A stretch of 57,313 bases of DNA from Gemmataceae bacterium (GTDB taxonomy: Bacteria > Planctomycetota > Planctomycetia > Gemmatales > Gemmataceae): the NCBI GenBank assembly GCA_031396905.1, contig JANNLP010000383.1:1-57313 (forward strand), in the 5' to 3' direction. Each line of letters starts with the position of its first letter. The first letter of the stretch is position 1. Positions 15,201 to 22,890 of this stretch are shown here, piece after piece. Position numbers and translations under genes: made by a program. The notes beneath the pieces were generated by a model, which saw only the letters and a program-made list of their open reading frames with translations, was not told the origin of the DNA and made no database searches.

Positions 15201-17842
15201 ACGACCTGACTGTGGCCGCGATCACCCGCTGTGACATGACGATCCTCACGGGCGTCACTGGCGCTTCTGTATCGTTGACAGCAGCGACGAAGCTGAGCAT
15301 CAACAACATTGTCAAGGCGACGACGGCCAACATTGATCTGAATGCCGAGGCAATGGCCATCGCCGCCGGCGTGAATGCCCCGGCCGATTGTGTGGATATT
15401 CGCGCCACCAAGGCCACCACGGTGATCAACTTGGGTGCCGCGGATGCCGCCAATGTACTCGGGTTGACCGATGGCGAGTTGGACTTTGTCTCCACGTTGA
15501 AGGGCTTGCGGATCGGTCAAGCAACCACGGCCAGCGTGCAAGTCACCGCAGCAATCGATAATGCCAACCAGCTCGCTTTGGTGGCCGGTGCCGGCGGCAT
15601 CACGGAGTCGGGTGCGGGTACGCTTACCGTGAGCAACTTGCAGTTGAATACCAGCGGCACGGTCGCATTGAATGGCGGCAACAAGGTCACGACCCTCGCA
15701 GGACAAAGCACCGACGGTTTTTCGTTCAACAACATTCAGGACCTCACCGTCGGCAGCGTGACGGTTTGTGATGTGGCTGTGGCCGGCGTTGTTTCAAGTT
15801 CCAAGAGCGTGTTGATCAGCGGCACTGCGGGATTGAACGTCACGCAGCCGGTCTCCGCATTGAACGGCAATGTAACACTCGACACCGCCAGCCAGATTAA
15901 CCTGGGCGCAAATGTCGCCGCCAATCCGACGACCGGTTTGCTGACGTTTGATGTCACGAACAACGGTGTCAATCAAACAGGCGGCGGAGTCACCGGAAAT
16001 CAGCTCCTGTTGACCGGTGCCAATGCGGGTGCTTTCACACTGCCCTCCGCTCAAAATGATGTGAACACATTCGCAGTAGCCGTCAACGGCGCGGTCAACC
16101 TTCGCGACACCGACGACCTGACCGTCGGCACCATCGGCGGCACCAGCGGTGTTAAGACGACGAACAATTTGTTTGCTGCCACCACGGGGACAGCGTTCAT
16201 TTTCCCGAGCGGCACGACGATTGACCTCGGCACGTCCAACGGCGAGATTCAAACCGGCATGAACGATGTCAACAACACCGACCAGACCGCGGCCTATGTA
16301 ACGAGAATCGACGGGGCGGCGATCACAAATGCCGGCGGCTTGAACGTCCGCGCGGGCGTCGCCTCCAACTCGGTTGTGATTTCCGCCCAGGCCACCGGCA
16401 TATTCTTCCTGTTCGGCGGAGCGCCCACAGCCGCGACGGTCACCCTGCAAAGCCCCGGCGATCAACTTTCGGTGGGTAATTCCAACACTCGCGTGATCTC
16501 GCTGCTCAACTTTGACTCGGCGACCGGCAATGGCGTCTACACCTTTGCCAAAGACAGCATGAGCCCTCCGGGCGCGATTGTGCAGTTCTTCAGCTTCGAG
16601 AAACTGATCGGACTCACCTTCCAGGCCTTCGCCGTGCAGACCGGTATGGGCGATTACCGGATCCAAGCCAATGCCGTCGTCAATGGCCAGGCTCAAGCGG
16701 CTAGCTTCTCGGCGCCTCTGCCCCGGCTGGCGCCATTCCTTGCCTCGCCGAACTTAACCAATCCATTTGGCCCGTTCGACGCGCCGTACATCAGTATCGG
16801 CGACATCAACGGCGACGGCGTCAACGACATTATTATCGGCTTCTCTTCGAATTCCGGTTCACCGTTGGTCACGGTCGTCGACGGCAATTCGATCACGAAA
16901 ATTGGCACGCAGAATCAAGCGCTCGCGACCAGCAATCTCATTGCCCAGTTCTTTGCCTATGATCCGCGCTACCAGGGCGGTGTCTTTGTTGCCGTCGCCG
17001 ACTTCGATGGCGACAGCCGCGCTGAGATCGTCACGGGGCCTGGGCGAGGCCAGGTGCCCACCGATCAGGGCGACGGGAACTTCGTTAAGGTTTTCCGCTA
17101 CCTCAGTGGGCCGAACCCGGCGACTCCCGGCAAAAACTTTGACAACACGAACAACATCGTCTTGGAGACACGGTTCTTCGCATTCGATCCGACCTTCCTT
17201 GGCGGCGTTCGGGTGGCAGTCGGCGATGTTAACGGGGACTTCATCCCGGGCAAGTCCTTGCACAAGCCGGACATCATTGTTGCCGCCGGTCCAGGTGGCG
17301 GTCCGCTCGTCCGGATCTTCAATGGCCAATCGTTGCCGACGAGCAACAGCGCATCCACGCTTGCCGCGCCGGCCACGGCACAGTTTTATGCTTACGACCA
17401 AAGCTTCACCGGTGGAGCGTTCATCGATGCCGGTGATTACAACGGCGATGGCAAAGCAGACATTCTCACCGGAGCGGGCTTCGGCGGCGGCCCGCACATC
17501 AAGGTCTTTGACGGCTTCAAGGCGTTCCAGCAGCAGCCGCTCACGCCCGTGGATGAGTTCTTTGACAAACTGCCGTCGTCCTCTTCACCGGTTGATTTGC
17601 AGACGGCACTTCGCGCCGGTGTTGCCAGTGTCGGCTTCGCGGATGTCGATGGCGATGGCCGCAACGACATCTTTGTCGGGTCCGGCCTGGGGGTTCGAAA
17701 CGCAGTTCGAATCTACTCGAACATTTTTGGTACGTTCGCTCTGCCGAATCACGCACCGAATCGGGAGATCGACACGAATCCGTCGCCGGAGTTCCGCGTT
17801 GACGGCGCTCACGTGGCCAATTCCGGCGGCCTCGTTCCGTAA
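9221..17842 (+). CDS. Giant (2873 aa) extracellular repeat protein with a beta-helical T/G/A/V-rich body, autotransporter-associated beta-strand repeats and C-terminal FG-GAP/VCBS blades
   Basis: The single ORF has high GC3. The PATR-like segment is GNSTYTGTTTVSAGSLLVNGT...GGTGTIG. There are at least five FG-GAP Ca-binding loops: DINGDGVNDIIIG, DFDGDSRAEIVTG, DVNGDF..DIIVAAG, DYNGDGKADILTG and DVDGDGRNDIFVG. The N-terminus is MSRSWLRRLF...LEDRITPA. Confidence 0.9.
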   Translation: MSRSWLRRLFSRKVSPIRTTQPSALQPLLRLEDRITPAFNTTISALATANVAVVTAAGTTTYTANAAGANVAVADVATELMAGNNVVIDSGLLGTEAGNISTFGPGIGFANKVGTSLTLQTGSGVGLVGDITIIDISFAKAGSFIATANGSFSGSGLDVTSIDLRAATGSVASSATLKGSDLFVSAATGIGSSGTPLPTTVVNLTAVTAGAGAGIFVAESDDLKLANVNGVNGVSAAGGGTVSLATTNGDIDTNGRTVFSGASPIDIKVGGLDQTFNNASGLVQTLNKAISITADHVVLGNQADSINAGTGDVTLTSFTSARPINLGLVTDPNGTLSISDAELDTISATVGLVTIGDSSSGTITVSATITFPHDLTLISGAGLAGSGDIINGSATATTLTIDQAGNSTYSGALGGPSGGTANDKNLAFVKLKAGVLTLTGNSTYTGTTTVSAGSLLVNGTSGVGTTTVKSGATLGGTGTIGKSNSTDVTVESGGTLSPGDGGVGTLTIGDDLTLDTGSTLVIDVVGTKSDQVIAKKTNIGDGVNLLGTSTLPLIGAAYTIISGSISTTGNGFKDVNGTNLTPNKGGPILLGTTQFNYDYSLTKFRLTAIGTTVSIDGGGNLVINDVTDKDDTLTISRVGANIRVFDPNNAMLAGAGVTQIDTNTVEAPFANITGKINVTTGKGDDFVSLLLAGGIIPTAGITFDGGNTGQDSLAVTGSGVEIANYTPSATTIGSGVVSIGGKNINFSNLEPLDISGMLSATVTLPGANDQVDVINGFDDATGAIPALVVSGKSAGVAFEAAHLFDNTTATIDTTVSDGVDTITITSADNVHKNTNLIINTGTKGDTLTINGAVAADGDIKFTSNAITVNADITVATRDIVLTATDTATVGADKITVKTGVTVVATAGITTLQAGDDVVIDGTVKATAKAVTITAAFGDADAGGAINAAGTITAGTDVTLSTRDDITLATVNAGATGVVTVSSSVGNIFDDDNDATVISGDKLTLSAVRAIGKPGALADIDSKVTSVTATTTGAGPFVGAPTPGIWVTDTDALTVTNATTTGDGVILIDAGTSLDAQTVVANGTGRNVRLQALSGDLTIGSVTATGDNVRLSATGKIIDGNVAANNVSATGLVLTAGAGIASSADPLETTIVNLAWTAGTGGLALSNTGALTVASVTAFGTLAGGAGAADQTIKSDGAVAINEVVNTGAATFRISAGGDVTQTKAITAKTLGVNTSGAITLNAANAVDNVALESTGGKAIAFTSANDLTIVTVTADGALFPATTGVKTVGATVTINNAGKTLTGNQAVTSGSKDITLTAKDFVITTAVNAGTACVIVLPGAGNTITLGTGGTLDDVELALITGAVLQIGDFTNSDISVVGTATPGPATLDLRAAGNISSTAAGKLTVTNLALQTNAAANTIDFSLGTHNASVLAIAAAGDATYADSNALIVGAVAVCPSSVPATVTGAVSANGNVNVSAAGLLTISNVVTAKTDVALTTTGAGNSIGVNADVTATSGKAVITAAGSIGLAANVTANSRLTLDGGTGINQTAGKLTDTGLEILGGGTATLKSATNNVATIAINSTGDVTYVDADNLAVGTVGGTVNITATGKAVRLDSVAGKVTGSGATDVSADSLVVKASTGVGPLNTKIAKLEAQTTTGDITINNTGDLAIGGVAADLPGVKADAGTVNITVNTTRLSATTEGISAGTDVNLTADAMTFTQPINGQCVMLTQFTAANKIDLGGADAAGTLALDNTDLASITTTKGLRIGQAAGGAVTVSAAAKAAGPLELIAGAGGIAKTGAGTLEVGQLLLQSTGKVTLDNSNKVSKLAGKSSDDFTFTNDKTVKLALDTVTVCGDTLVGIDASGKKITLTGDLDIKAAITGDCVVFLGANAGAAINLGTEFTDAELDQVKANVVQLGNAATLAVSVSGAISLAAGKVPTLELQTGGTISGAGTLAVQKLIADSVAAVTLGGGNDVDLFAAISTGAITFNDSDDLTVAAITRCDMTILTGVTGASVSLTAATKLSINNIVKATTANIDLNAEAMAIAAGVNAPADCVDIRATKATTVINLGAADAANVLGLTDGELDFVSTLKGLRIGQATTASVQVTAAIDNANQLALVAGAGGITESGAGTLTVSNLQLNTSGTVALNGGNKVTTLAGQSTDGFSFNNIQDLTVGSVTVCDVAVAGVVSSSKSVLISGTAGLNVTQPVSALNGNVTLDTASQINLGANVAANPTTGLLTFDVTNNGVNQTGGGVTGNQLLLTGANAGAFTLPSAQNDVNTFAVAVNGAVNLRDTDDLTVGTIGGTSGVKTTNNLFAATTGTAFIFPSGTTIDLGTSNGEIQTGMNDVNNTDQTAAYVTRIDGAAITNAGGLNVRAGVASNSVVISAQATGIFFLFGGAPTAATVTLQSPGDQLSVGNSNTRVISLLNFDSATGNGVYTFAKDSMSPPGAIVQFFSFEKLIGLTFQAFAVQTGMGDYRIQANAVVNGQAQAASFSAPLPRLAPFLASPNLTNPFGPFDAPYISIGDINGDGVNDIIIGFSSNSGSPLVTVVDGNSITKIGTQNQALATSNLIAQFFAYDPRYQGGVFVAVADFDGDSRAEIVTGPGRGQVPTDQGDGNFVKVFRYLSGPNPATPGKNFDNTNNIVLETRFFAFDPTFLGGVRVAVGDVNGDFIPGKSLHKPDIIVAAGPGGGPLVRIFNGQSLPTSNSASTLAAPATAQFYAYDQSFTGGAFIDAGDYNGDGKADILTGAGFGGGPHIKVFDGFKAFQQQPLTPVDEFFDKLPSSSSPVDLQTALRAGVASVGFADVDGDGRNDIFVGSGLGVRNAVRIYSNIFGTFALPNHAPNREIDTNPSPEFRVDGAHVANSGGLVP

Positions 17843-18059
17843 TCGCAACGGTCAATGCGGCTGGAACAATTCAGAAAGCTCAAAGTTTCCACGCGCGCCC
17901 TGTCGGGCGACGACGTTTGCTTGCCCAAATTCGCGCAACGTGCATCGAGTCCGTAAACTTCGCTAGTCCCCTTCAAGCGGGAAGTTCCGCACAACCGATA
18001 CACATGGTGAATCCGGTCCGTCCGGGGCCGGTGCGCGTTGAGTGCGGGGGGGGTTGGTC

Positions 18060-19466
18060 ATGAAGCGTCATTGGATCGCATCGCTTTCAGTGCTGGCGGC
18101 ATTCACCGCGCGCGGGTATTCGCAGGAACCGCTCGGCCTTGAGCCGTCGCCACTTACCATCGCACCGGGTCGCGCCGTTGTAGTGTCACCTGAGCAGCCG
18201 CTTGAGAAAGCGAAGGAAGGTGAGAAACTGCCGGAAAAAGTCGCCGACCCCAAAGCGGTCGCCGCGCCGGTACGGGCCAATACTAATTGCAACTTTAATG
18301 CGGGCGACGCCAGCCAGAAACCATCGCTGATCGATACGCACGCGGGGCCGCCGGATCAACTCTGGCTGCGGGCCAGCTACCTGTATTGGCATCTGGATGA
18401 CATGCCGATTCCGCAAGTGCTGGTGACCGTGAACGATCAGACGGCATTCGGCAACGAGCGAGTGGATTACGGTTGGTTCAACGGCGGACGACTCGAAGGC
18501 GGGATGTGGTTCGGCTGCGAGCACACATTCGGCATCGAATTCGGCGGGTTCATCTTTCAGCGCCGCGGCCGGGATTTCTCCGCGGTGTCCAACGGCAACC
18601 CCGGTGATCCGACCATCAACCGGCCCTTCACCAACACGGACATGGATCAGCCGGATGTTTCCCCGGTCGCCGGTCCGCCGGTTGGTGGCCTGCCGGGAAT
18701 ACGCGGCATGATTGACATTTCCGCGGCCACGCGATTGACTTCCGCAGAGGTGAGCTTTACCCGCAACCTCGCTTATGACGAGTGTTTTCAATTCGATACG
18801 TTTGCCGGCTTCCGCTACATCGACCTGATGGAAGACCTGCGAATCTCCAGCTTGTCGACGGCACTCCAGGGCAGCCCGTTCGTGTTCAACATTCCGGGCC
18901 AGTCATTCAGTAGCCTCGCCATCACCGACAGCTTTACCACGCGCAATCAACTCTACCTGGGTCAGGTCGGCGCTCGAGCAAGGTTTCATCGTGGCATGTG
19001 GTTTGGCGGCGTGCGCGGCAGTGTCGCCATCGGCCCGAATAATCAATCCGCCGACATCGCCGGCGAGAGCATCGTCACGAACGCGGCCGGTGGGCGCGCC
19101 GCCGCACCCAGCGGTCTGCTGGCGGTGACGGGCGGACCTGTCAACACCGTCAACGGCCCGCAAGTATTGCCCGCGGGTAATGCCGGCCAATACAAGACCG
19201 ATTGGTTCACGATCGCGCCGGAAGTGGGCCTGCAAGCGGGTGCGCAACTCAGCCGCTTCGTCAGCGTCCATATCGGGTACAATTTTCTCTACATCAACAA
19301 CGTGGTGCGGCCCGGTGACTTGATCGACACGACGGTCAATCGAAAGTTCCTGCCATTCAGTAGCGCCTTCGGCTCACAATCCGGCGTGAACCGGCCGGCG
19401 TTTCGCAACAACCGCGACGACTTCATCGCCCACGGAGTCGAGTTCGGCATGTCGTTCACGTTCTGA
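18060..19466 (+). CDS. BBP7-family outer-membrane beta-barrel protein (Planctomycete-type)
   Basis: It has a signal peptide (MKRHWIASLSVLAAFTARGYSQ), the WLRASYLYWHL motif, alternating beta-strand character and a C-terminal aromatic residue (...FGMSFTF). Confidence 0.8.
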   Translation: MKRHWIASLSVLAAFTARGYSQEPLGLEPSPLTIAPGRAVVVSPEQPLEKAKEGEKLPEKVADPKAVAAPVRANTNCNFNAGDASQKPSLIDTHAGPPDQLWLRASYLYWHLDDMPIPQVLVTVNDQTAFGNERVDYGWFNGGRLEGGMWFGCEHTFGIEFGGFIFQRRGRDFSAVSNGNPGDPTINRPFTNTDMDQPDVSPVAGPPVGGLPGIRGMIDISAATRLTSAEVSFTRNLAYDECFQFDTFAGFRYIDLMEDLRISSLSTALQGSPFVFNIPGQSFSSLAITDSFTTRNQLYLGQVGARARFHRGMWFGGVRGSVAIGPNNQSADIAGESIVTNAAGGRAAAPSGLLAVTGGPVNTVNGPQVLPAGNAGQYKTDWFTIAPEVGLQAGAQLSRFVSVHIGYNFLYINNVVRPGDLIDTTVNRKFLPFSSAFGSQSGVNRPAFRNNRDDFIAHGVEFGMSFTF

Positions 19467-19506
19467 AAAAGGGCACTACAATAGCTCCACAATCATCTGT
19501 GCGAGC

Positions 19507-20373
19507 GTGATCGTGACGTTTCTTGATAACTATACATTGCAGACTGTGGCGCTCGGTACGGCCACGCTGGGTGCCGTGGCCGGCGGCCTGGGCGGCTTCG
19601 CCGTATTGCGGCGACAGAGTTTACTCGCCGACGCCATTTCTCATGCGGCGCTGCCCGGCGTTGTGATCGCGTTTCTGCTCACTCATGCCAAAGACCCAAT
19701 GACGCTATCCCTTGGCGCTGCTGCGGCCGGTTGGCTCGGCGCCCTGTGCGTGTTAGGTATCGTGCGACTGTCGCGAGTGCCGTTTGATGGGGCGCTGGCA
19801 CTCGTGTTATCCGTCTTTTTCGGCGCGGGTCTTCTGCTGCTGACGGCGATTCAGAAGCGTGCCGATGCGTCGCAGGCTGGGTTGGAACGGTTCCTGTTTG
19901 GTCAGGCGGCGACGCTGTTGCCGGAAGATGTACGGGTCATTGCCGGGTTGGGTAGCGTCGCTGTCTGCTGCGTCGCCTTGTTTTGGAAAGAGTTCAAGCT
20001 GCTGACATTCGACCCGGCGTATGCCGCCGGGATCGGCTTGCCGGTGATATTACTCGACGCCGGCTTGATGTTGATCCTGGTCATCGCCGTGGTTTTGGGT
20101 TTGCAAGCGGTGGGCGTGGTCCTCATGTCCGCGCTGGTGGTAGCCCCGGCCGTGGCAGCGCGGCAATGGACGCAGAGACTTGGGCCGATGCTCATGCTCG
20201 CGGCCGTCATCGGCGCTGGCTGTGGCGTCAGCGGCACGTTTCTTGGCGACTGGCTGTCGCGGCCAGGCAAACCTGTGCCGACGGGGCCAACCATCGTGCT
20301 GGTCGCGACCATGATGGTGGCAATTTCACTGACGGCAACTTGGGGGAAATCACGGTGGCACCGGCCGACCTGA
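19507..20373 (+). CDS. Metal (Zn/Mn/Fe) ABC transporter permease, ABC-3 family
   Basis: It uses a GTG start and has the FAVLRRQSLLADAISHAALPG motif plus 8-9 TM segments. Confidence 0.88.
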   Translation: MIVTFLDNYTLQTVALGTATLGAVAGGLGGFAVLRRQSLLADAISHAALPGVVIAFLLTHAKDPMTLSLGAAAAGWLGALCVLGIVRLSRVPFDGALALVLSVFFGAGLLLLTAIQKRADASQAGLERFLFGQAATLLPEDVRVIAGLGSVAVCCVALFWKEFKLLTFDPAYAAGIGLPVILLDAGLMLILVIAVVLGLQAVGVVLMSALVVAPAVAARQWTQRLGPMLMLAAVIGAGCGVSGTFLGDWLSRPGKPVPTGPTIVLVATMMVAISLTATWGKSRWHRPT

Positions 20374-21455
20374 CACTGACCGCGATGGCCACTGCCGCGG
20401 CTTGTTCCGTGCCCGGCGTATTCCTGGTGCTGCGCCGGCAGTCGTTGGCCGGCGATGCCATCGGCCATGTGATTCTTCTTGGGCTGGCTGGCGGCTTCCT
20501 GCTCGGAGGCTCGCTAGGGTCGCCATTGGTGATGCTAGGTGCGGCCGCCGTCGGTGTATTCACTGTCGCCGTTGTCGAAGCATTGGAAAAATCGCGCCTC
20601 GTCAAGAGCGACGCGGCTTTGGGTCTGGTTTATCCGGCACTTTTCAGCATCGGCGTCATCCTCGTATCGCAAATGCCCAAAGATGTACACTTTGACGTGG
20701 ATGCCGTGCTGCTCGGCGATCTGGTTCACGCGCCGCTGCGACGATTCAACTGGTCGGGCCGCGACTTTGGGCCGGTGTCACTGGTTGTCATGCTCGGATT
20801 GTTCGTAGCAAATACGTTGTTCGTGTTCGTGATGTATAAACAGTTGAAACTATCGACTTTTGATGCCGACCACGCGGCAACGCTCGGCGTGCGGCCGGGG
20901 TTGATCCATTACATGTTGATGGCGCTGGTGTCGCTTACGGTGGTCGCGGCTTTCGATGCGGCCGGTGCGGTGCTGGTCGTGGCCTTTCTCGTTGCCCCCG
21001 CCGCGACCGCGTATTTGCTGACCGATCGGCTTTCCGTGATGTTGGTGTTGTCCCTGATCGTCGCGCTATTCGGGGCGGCGGCGGGGTCGGACGTGGCCGA
21101 CCGGCTGGATGCCAATGTCGCCGGCGCGGTGGCAGTCGTATTTGGCGGGATGTTTGTGATGACGGTATGCCTGTCGCCTCGGCATGGCTTGATCGCACGA
21201 TCGGTCCGGCGTTTGCAACAGATCAACGAGTTCACACAAGGCCTGCTCGTGGTTCATTTATCACACCACGCAAACACGCCGGCGGCCGAGGAAGAAAACC
21301 GTGCTGATCGACTCGGCCATCACCTGAACTGGCCGGAAGCCAAAGTGGTCAAACAACTCATGACAGCAGAACGCAACGGCTTGATCGTCCGTGACGGCAC
21401 AATGATTCGGCTCACCAAGGATGGCAGTCAACAGGCCCGGGCGTTGTTTGGTTAA
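20355..21455 (+). CDS. Second ABC-3 metal permease fused to a C-terminal winged-helix (DtxR/MarR-like) domain
   Basis: It contains FLVLRRQSLAGDAIGHVILLG. The C-terminal 90 aa or so (...NWPEAKVVKQLMTAERNGLIVRDGTMIRLTKDGSQQA) looks like a wHTH. The start is ambiguous: GTG 20355 overlaps the upstream gene, or ATG 20385. Confidence 0.8.
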   Translation: MAPADLTLTAMATAAACSVPGVFLVLRRQSLAGDAIGHVILLGLAGGFLLGGSLGSPLVMLGAAAVGVFTVAVVEALEKSRLVKSDAALGLVYPALFSIGVILVSQMPKDVHFDVDAVLLGDLVHAPLRRFNWSGRDFGPVSLVVMLGLFVANTLFVFVMYKQLKLSTFDADHAATLGVRPGLIHYMLMALVSLTVVAAFDAAGAVLVVAFLVAPAATAYLLTDRLSVMLVLSLIVALFGAAAGSDVADRLDANVAGAVAVVFGGMFVMTVCLSPRHGLIARSVRRLQQINEFTQGLLVVHLSHHANTPAAEEENRADRLGHHLNWPEAKVVKQLMTAERNGLIVRDGTMIRLTKDGSQQARALFG

Positions 21456-21464
21456 GTAGTGTTT

Positions 21465-21532
21465 TCACCACGAAAGACACGAAATATGACTGGAAGTCAC
21501 CGTGTTCGTGTATTTCGTGTCTTTCGTGGTGA
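21465..21532. terminator. Perfect 22-bp inverted repeat (REP-like hairpin) between convergent genes
   Basis: tcaccacgaaagacacgaaata (21465-21486) and tatttcgtgtctttcgtggtga (21511-21532) are exact reverse complements with a 24-nt loop. The element abuts the stop of the 21533-21721 gene. Confidence 0.65.
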
Positions 21533-21721
21533 CTAGTTCCAACACGCCCGGCAAACAAGAATCGAACCCACCAAACCCAGCGTGAACACGCATGACATCA
21601 GCAGGATGATCGACTTAGCGCCGGCAACATCTTCTTTTTGAAACGCATCAATCTGTTCGGGTGAAAAATTGCCGTTGCGGTCCGGCATCGTCGTTCCCAA
21701 TCCGTGATGTTCTGCCGCCAT
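21533..21721 (-). CDS. Small hypothetical membrane protein (62 aa)
   Basis: It has a GAGG motif about 10 nt upstream of the ATG, one C-terminal TM helix (SIILLMSCVFTLGLVGSILV) and a hairpin immediately after the stop. Confidence 0.5.
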   Translation of the reverse strand: MAAEHHGLGTTMPDRNGNFSPEQIDAFQKEDVAGAKSIILLMSCVFTLGLVGSILVCRACWN

Positions 21722-21792
21722 CGCTTATACCTCGTGAATGAATCGAATCGTAAATATAGTGTGATTAGAAGCCGGTTGCAACCGGTGCGAGG

Positions 21793-22182
21793 TCACGACA
21801 ATTCCGTGCGGTGAAAGTGCACGTGCTTCCAGTCCTCGCCCTGCTTTTGCCAGACGCGCGTCTCGGCAAACGCCTGTGAACTTGCCGTGCCATCCGGCAT
21901 CTCGCGTTGATTGAGCCGAACATACGCGACGATGGCCGCATTACTCATTACGCGGACTTTCGGCGCGATCATGGTAGTTTGCGCCTGTCGCCCACCGCGC
22001 GGGCTGATGTCGAAATAGAAGTAATGAAATTGCAAGCCTTCAACGAGCGCCCCGTGGGCTTCGGGTTCAAAGGCGGTCACGCTGGGATCGCACAATGCCT
22101 GATATGTAGCCCAGTCGCCTCGCGCAATGCTATCCAGCAGGAGTTGATTCTGCTCCAGAACCTCAGCGGCGGTCGGGTCCAT
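21793..22182 (-). CDS. NTF2/SnoaL-like protein (CaMKII-association-domain / DUF4440-like), 129 aa
   Basis: MDPTAAEVLEQNQLLLDSIARGDWATYQALCDPSVTAFEPEA...AETRVWQKQGEDWKHVHFHRT has the typical NTF2-like cone pattern. The start was trimmed to Met-64 of the ORF. Confidence 0.75.
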   Translation of the reverse strand: MDPTAAEVLEQNQLLLDSIARGDWATYQALCDPSVTAFEPEAHGALVEGLQFHYFYFDISPRGGRQAQTTMIAPKVRVMSNAAIVAYVRLNQREMPDGTASSQAFAETRVWQKQGEDWKHVHFHRTELS

Positions 22183-22317
22183 GAAATGGTCCCTCCGAAT
22201 GAGAAACGAACTGCGCAATCGGGATGCTGATTCTGTAGCCGGTTTGCTCGCCGACGCAAGGGTGCGGAACGGAATATCGCAAAAAGGCTTGACTCGATTG
22301 GCACAATCAGGCGTGGG

Positions 22318-22384
22318 AAAAAAGTGCGGGCACAGGGTTGTTGTGCGGCCGGGACTCGCTACCGGCCGCAACCCTGTGCCCGTG
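22318..22384 (-). terminator. Rho-independent-type terminator on the minus strand
   Basis: The 12-bp outer stem is gggcacagggtt / aaccctgtgccc (22328-22339 / 22370-22381). The 8-bp inner stem is gcggccgg / ccggccgc. On the minus strand it is followed by gcacTTTTTT (A6 at 22318-22323 on the plus strand). Confidence 0.55.
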
Positions 22385-22721
22385 TGGGAAGGAGATATTG
22401 GAAGGTTGTTTGATCTGCCTTAGATTCGGGACTCGCATACCGAATCATTCGCAGTGTGTATAAGCATCGGCCGTGCCAATCACGTGCAAAAATTACAAAA
22501 TATTCGCCCGCGGTGTCGCAACGATAATAATTACAACGAGTTAGCGACGGCTGATGCCGCAGCATTGAACAGTTCTCCGAATGCCCTCACCTTCCCATTT
22601 GGCAGTCTGTGCGATTCCGCTACACGGGGTGTAGCGTTCTGCTTTGGATTCAACGTTCTCTCGAAACTCTGCAACAAAACCCGAGTTGAGCGGGGATTTG
22701 AGCAAAACGTTTGTTCCAACC

Positions 22722-22847
22722 GAGAGGGGGTGCCCTCTCCAGAAGAAACAAATGGATCGGAACGATTTTTTCTCATCGGTATAACTCTCTTCTCAAATCC
22801 AAGCTGTGGCAAAACTGTCAACTTGGCTGGATACGGCACCAGTTGGA
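22722..22847 (-). repeat. Copy 2 of the conserved 126-nt intergenic module (copy 1 at 3321-3446)
   Basis: About 75% ungapped identity to copy 1. It contains TTGACA (22821-22816 on the minus strand), an ATG at 22776 in the same frame as the copy-1 mini-ORF, and a perfect gagaggg-cacc-ccctctc hairpin. Confidence 0.7.
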
Positions 22848-22890
22848 ATAAACGCACGTTGGCGGACGGGTACCGCAGCAAGAACTGGCC

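Noticed and set aside
9160-17966. Many long ORFs on the minus strand and in alternative plus frames inside the giant gene, e.g. 9160-10023, 11710-12432, 12761-13864, 13981-14931, 15794-16696 and 16767-17966.
   Set aside because: They are shadow ORFs, as expected in GC-rich, stop-poor repeat DNA. Their products are Arg/Pro/Gly-rich low-complexity sequence. The 2884-codon frame carries recognisable domain motifs.
19983-20354. The first 124 codons of ORF 19983-21455.
   Set aside because: They are an alternative frame over the 3' half of the first permease gene (an Arg/Gly-rich product). The permease homology begins only near 20355-20385.
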